Source of the DNA: Anthoceros angustus
Lineage: Eukaryota > Plantae > Anthocerotophyta
Direction of reading: 5' to 3'
DNA: 23,185 nucleotides
NCBI GenBank assembly: GCA_010909165.1
Contig: VJWM01000391.1
Location: 1-23,185, forward strand
The position numbers and the translations under genes are program-made. Positions 20,627-23,185 of this stretch are shown here, piece by piece; the first letter of the stretch is position 1; each line of letters starts with the position of its first letter. The notes beneath the pieces are model-generated. The model worked only from the letters and a program-made list of their open reading frames with translations, did no database searches and was not told where the DNA came from.

Positions 20627-22245
20627 TGTTCGCTGCACATGGGAAGGGGACATCCGTTGCAGCTGGGAGCTCGGGAACATCCAAGTCTGGATCAGCCAAG
20701 CCTGCCAAGGCTGGAGCAGCAGCCTCTTTGGAGGTGATGTGCAATCGGTGTGGAAGTCCGGAGCATATGGCTCCAGCATCCAAGTGTCCCACAGAGGGAC
20801 TTATCTTCCCAATCGCCACAAGACAGGGTGACAAGAAGCTTCAAAAGCACCCGAGCGGCGCGATGCATGGGAGGCTTAGCCATCTGCCGGCCAACTCATC
20901 TGGATCCGTAGGTGCCTCTAAGAGCAAAGAAAAGGGACAAGGCGGCTAAGATCGACAATAATGTCGAAGGTAGCAAGATTAAAGGCCCTTGCAGGCATCA
21001 TCGCCGCTTGAGCACATTGACAGTGAGTGTCATCAACAACGGCGCTGCCCCGGGCTACCACACCTCTCAAGCCGGGTAGGGCTGCTATTGGTCCTCGGTC
21101 ATGAGGATGAGGAGGAGGATTACGGGCCTCCACATCAGGCCTGCATGGCTGATTGCCTAGCCATCGAAGGGCCGTCCCAACAGAGCACACAGGCAGGGAC
21201 TCTCCGGTCCGTGTCCCGTACACGGACACCGATTTTCCAGTTCGACACACTGCTATGGTGGCTGTGTCCTTGATGCCATCCTAGATGTTGCAACAGGCGC
21301 ACTAGGACCAGTCACCCGGCAGAGGGGAGCAAGGCGCTCATGCTCGCCTTCACCACACTACCGGGAGTTTATCCTGCCAGCAAGACCACCTGGACATTGA
21401 TCCAGGAGGACAACAAGCTAGCGGACCTGCCAGAGGAGGCGCTGGGGTCGGGTTGTTGTTGCCTCAACAGTACCGATCGCCTAGTCGAAGCTCGTGAGAT
21501 GCCCTTGTTCTCACTCGGACATAGTCCTGCAGCTACAACAGCTTTGGCACCGAGGTGATCGGCTATGGCTCATGGGCCCTTTGAAATGTCAGATGGTGGA
21601 TGGAGAGTGGTCAGTTTAAAACAACCATGAGGCAGCCTCGGTATTAGTGGTTTTCACCGGAATCTTCCCGGTTACTTCCCAGTGACCTCTATGGCATTCT
21701 CAGCCAAGAATCCAGCTCACCAACCGGATGATTGTGAAAGTCAGCAATGCCTTGATAGACAACCGAGGAGGACATGTCACCATCAATGGCTATGCTCCCA
21801 AGCTCGTGCTTCTGGACACCGGTGCACAGCCGGTGATCATTGGGAAGACTCTTGCAGCCTGGCTGAACCTCAGTGGCGCTTCTCTTAAGCGTTCCCCCTG
21901 GAATATCCGGACAGCGTCCGGATCTGTGGAGCCCATGTGTGGTGAGACCGTGCAACCAATGGCATCACGCTCAAGCCGGGAACTACTGAGGCGATGACCC
22001 TTTCTATCCATGGCTTGGTCACAACTACGACCATATACGATGTTCTGCTGGGACAAGAGTTCCTCCTCCCACCGGGACTTGGTGTGGACAATTGGTCCAA
22101 GCAGAGTGGAGCAGCGTGGGCGGTGCCAGTGCTCTGTGCTGCTCGGCCCAGCACTCATTCCCGATGCACGCCATGTGGAAGATTGGCTGACAAATCGATG
22201 AGGAAGCGTCGGCGTCAGCATAGAGGTAAACGCACTTCATATTAG
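20627..22245 (+). pseudogene. Ty3/gypsy-like gag C-terminus and aspartic protease remnant
   Basis: A zinc knuckle CNRCGSPEHMAPASKC lies at 20740-20787. The protease reads VLLDTGAQPVIIG (DTG 21815-21823), IRTASG and, after a frameshift, YDVLLGQEFL. It is 5'-truncated at the LTR. Confidence 0.75.
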
Positions 22246-22249
22246 CACT

Positions 22250-22696
22250 TATCGATCAACAACCAAACAAATCTAATCGCATCTAGATATATAGGTGCAA
22301 CCAATAACAACAAGAGGGGAGTATTTCAGGTCGTGGCACAAACACACTCTCCCACGAGACAACACTAAATTCCTCACATCGCTTCCTGAAATCATAGCTT
22401 TGGCCTCCCAACACCCTTGGTATCTGCTAGAGGACAAGCTATGATCCGAGCTTGTCTCAATGGAAGTCTATATATACTAGATCGGCATATTCTAAGATAT
22501 CCTATTATCAAATATCCTAAGAATATCCTATAATACGCATGGAATATGCCAAAGAATATTGAGCTTATCCACTTAGCTATTGTATCCTAAGAATACACTA
22601 TAATATGCAAGGAATATGCCAAGCATATTACTTGAGCTTATCCACTTAGCTATTGCTAACCATGTTTAATTAACACTAATCAATGCTTAATTAACA
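22250..22696 (-). mobile_element. Probable solo LTR inserted after the protease region
   Basis: An AT-rich non-coding block starting TGTTAATTAAG on the minus strand at 22696, with TATATATA near 22470. The flanks are an imperfect repeat (TTAGC 22242-22246, TAAGC 22697-22701). The reading frame rejoins as ..ALHI-STLEGL. Confidence 0.45.
22513..22655. repeat. ~70-bp tandem duplication
   Basis: TATCCTAAGAATA...GGAATATGCCAA...TTGAGCTTATCCACTTAGCTATTG at 22513-22582 and 22583-22655. Confidence 0.9.
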
Positions 22697-23185
22697 TAAG
22701 CACCTTAGAGGGCCTGTGACCTTCTCCAGCTGCCTTCTCAGCCGGACTCCATGGCCTCCAATTGCCATTTGGTCCCACCGCTCTTGCTCTCTGTCATCTC
22801 TTGGGCCTTATTTGCAGGACTTCCTCGACATGTGCCACAAGGAGGTTACGCTGGCATTCCCCTAGCCCCTTCAAATCCACCTGACTGGTACAGTGCTCTC
22901 ACGATGTGCACTCAGCAAGGTGCTTCCTTCCCCTACCCGCTGGTACTTTGGGGCAAGCAGGTCGATTACTTGGGCAGTGAGGGTGCACCCTCCTACAGCG
23001 GTGGTGAACATCTTGTAGAATATCGGTCGGTTTCACATACCTTCTCCCCAAGTAGTGAGGGGCTGCCCCGCGGTAGTCGCCTGCAAGGTGGAAGCTGCCT
23101 CCCTAAGGTGAGCTCTTGAGTGCCTCTTCCTAAAGCGAAAATGGTGGGAACTCCTCCCACCCCTCGGGGTCGTCACCCCTACGTG

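Noticed and set aside
22751-23119. DNA methyltransferase motif I in ALFAGL
   Set aside because: It lacks the F-x-G-x-G pattern, and no PC or ENV motif follows.
369-23119. Most short ORFs in the six-frame track as real genes
   Set aside because: They are antisense or off-frame shadows of the decayed elements, or chance ORFs with no recognisable motif.

Overview
This is eukaryotic, transposon-dense plant DNA with no intact host gene. The PLS-type PPR debris and TE content suggest a fern or other non-seed plant, but that is an inference. Left to right: (1) a decayed CACTA/En-Spm transposase gene (+, ~418-4023). It appears to belong to a large element ending at a CACTA terminal inverted repeat at 11311. 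That element carries host-gene fragments (CYP704-like P450, two PPR pieces) and a nested LTR remnant. (2) An intron-containing, frameshifted tyrosine-recombinase gene of the Crypton/DUF3504 type (+, ~11396-13400). This is the most unusual feature for a land plant. (3) A decayed Ty1/copia retrotransposon (-, ~15000-20626) whose two ends do not match. (4) A Ty3/gypsy-like gag-protease remnant (+, 20627-22245) interrupted by a probable solo LTR. All coding remnants were read by eye across frameshifts, so boundaries are approximate unless a motif is quoted.
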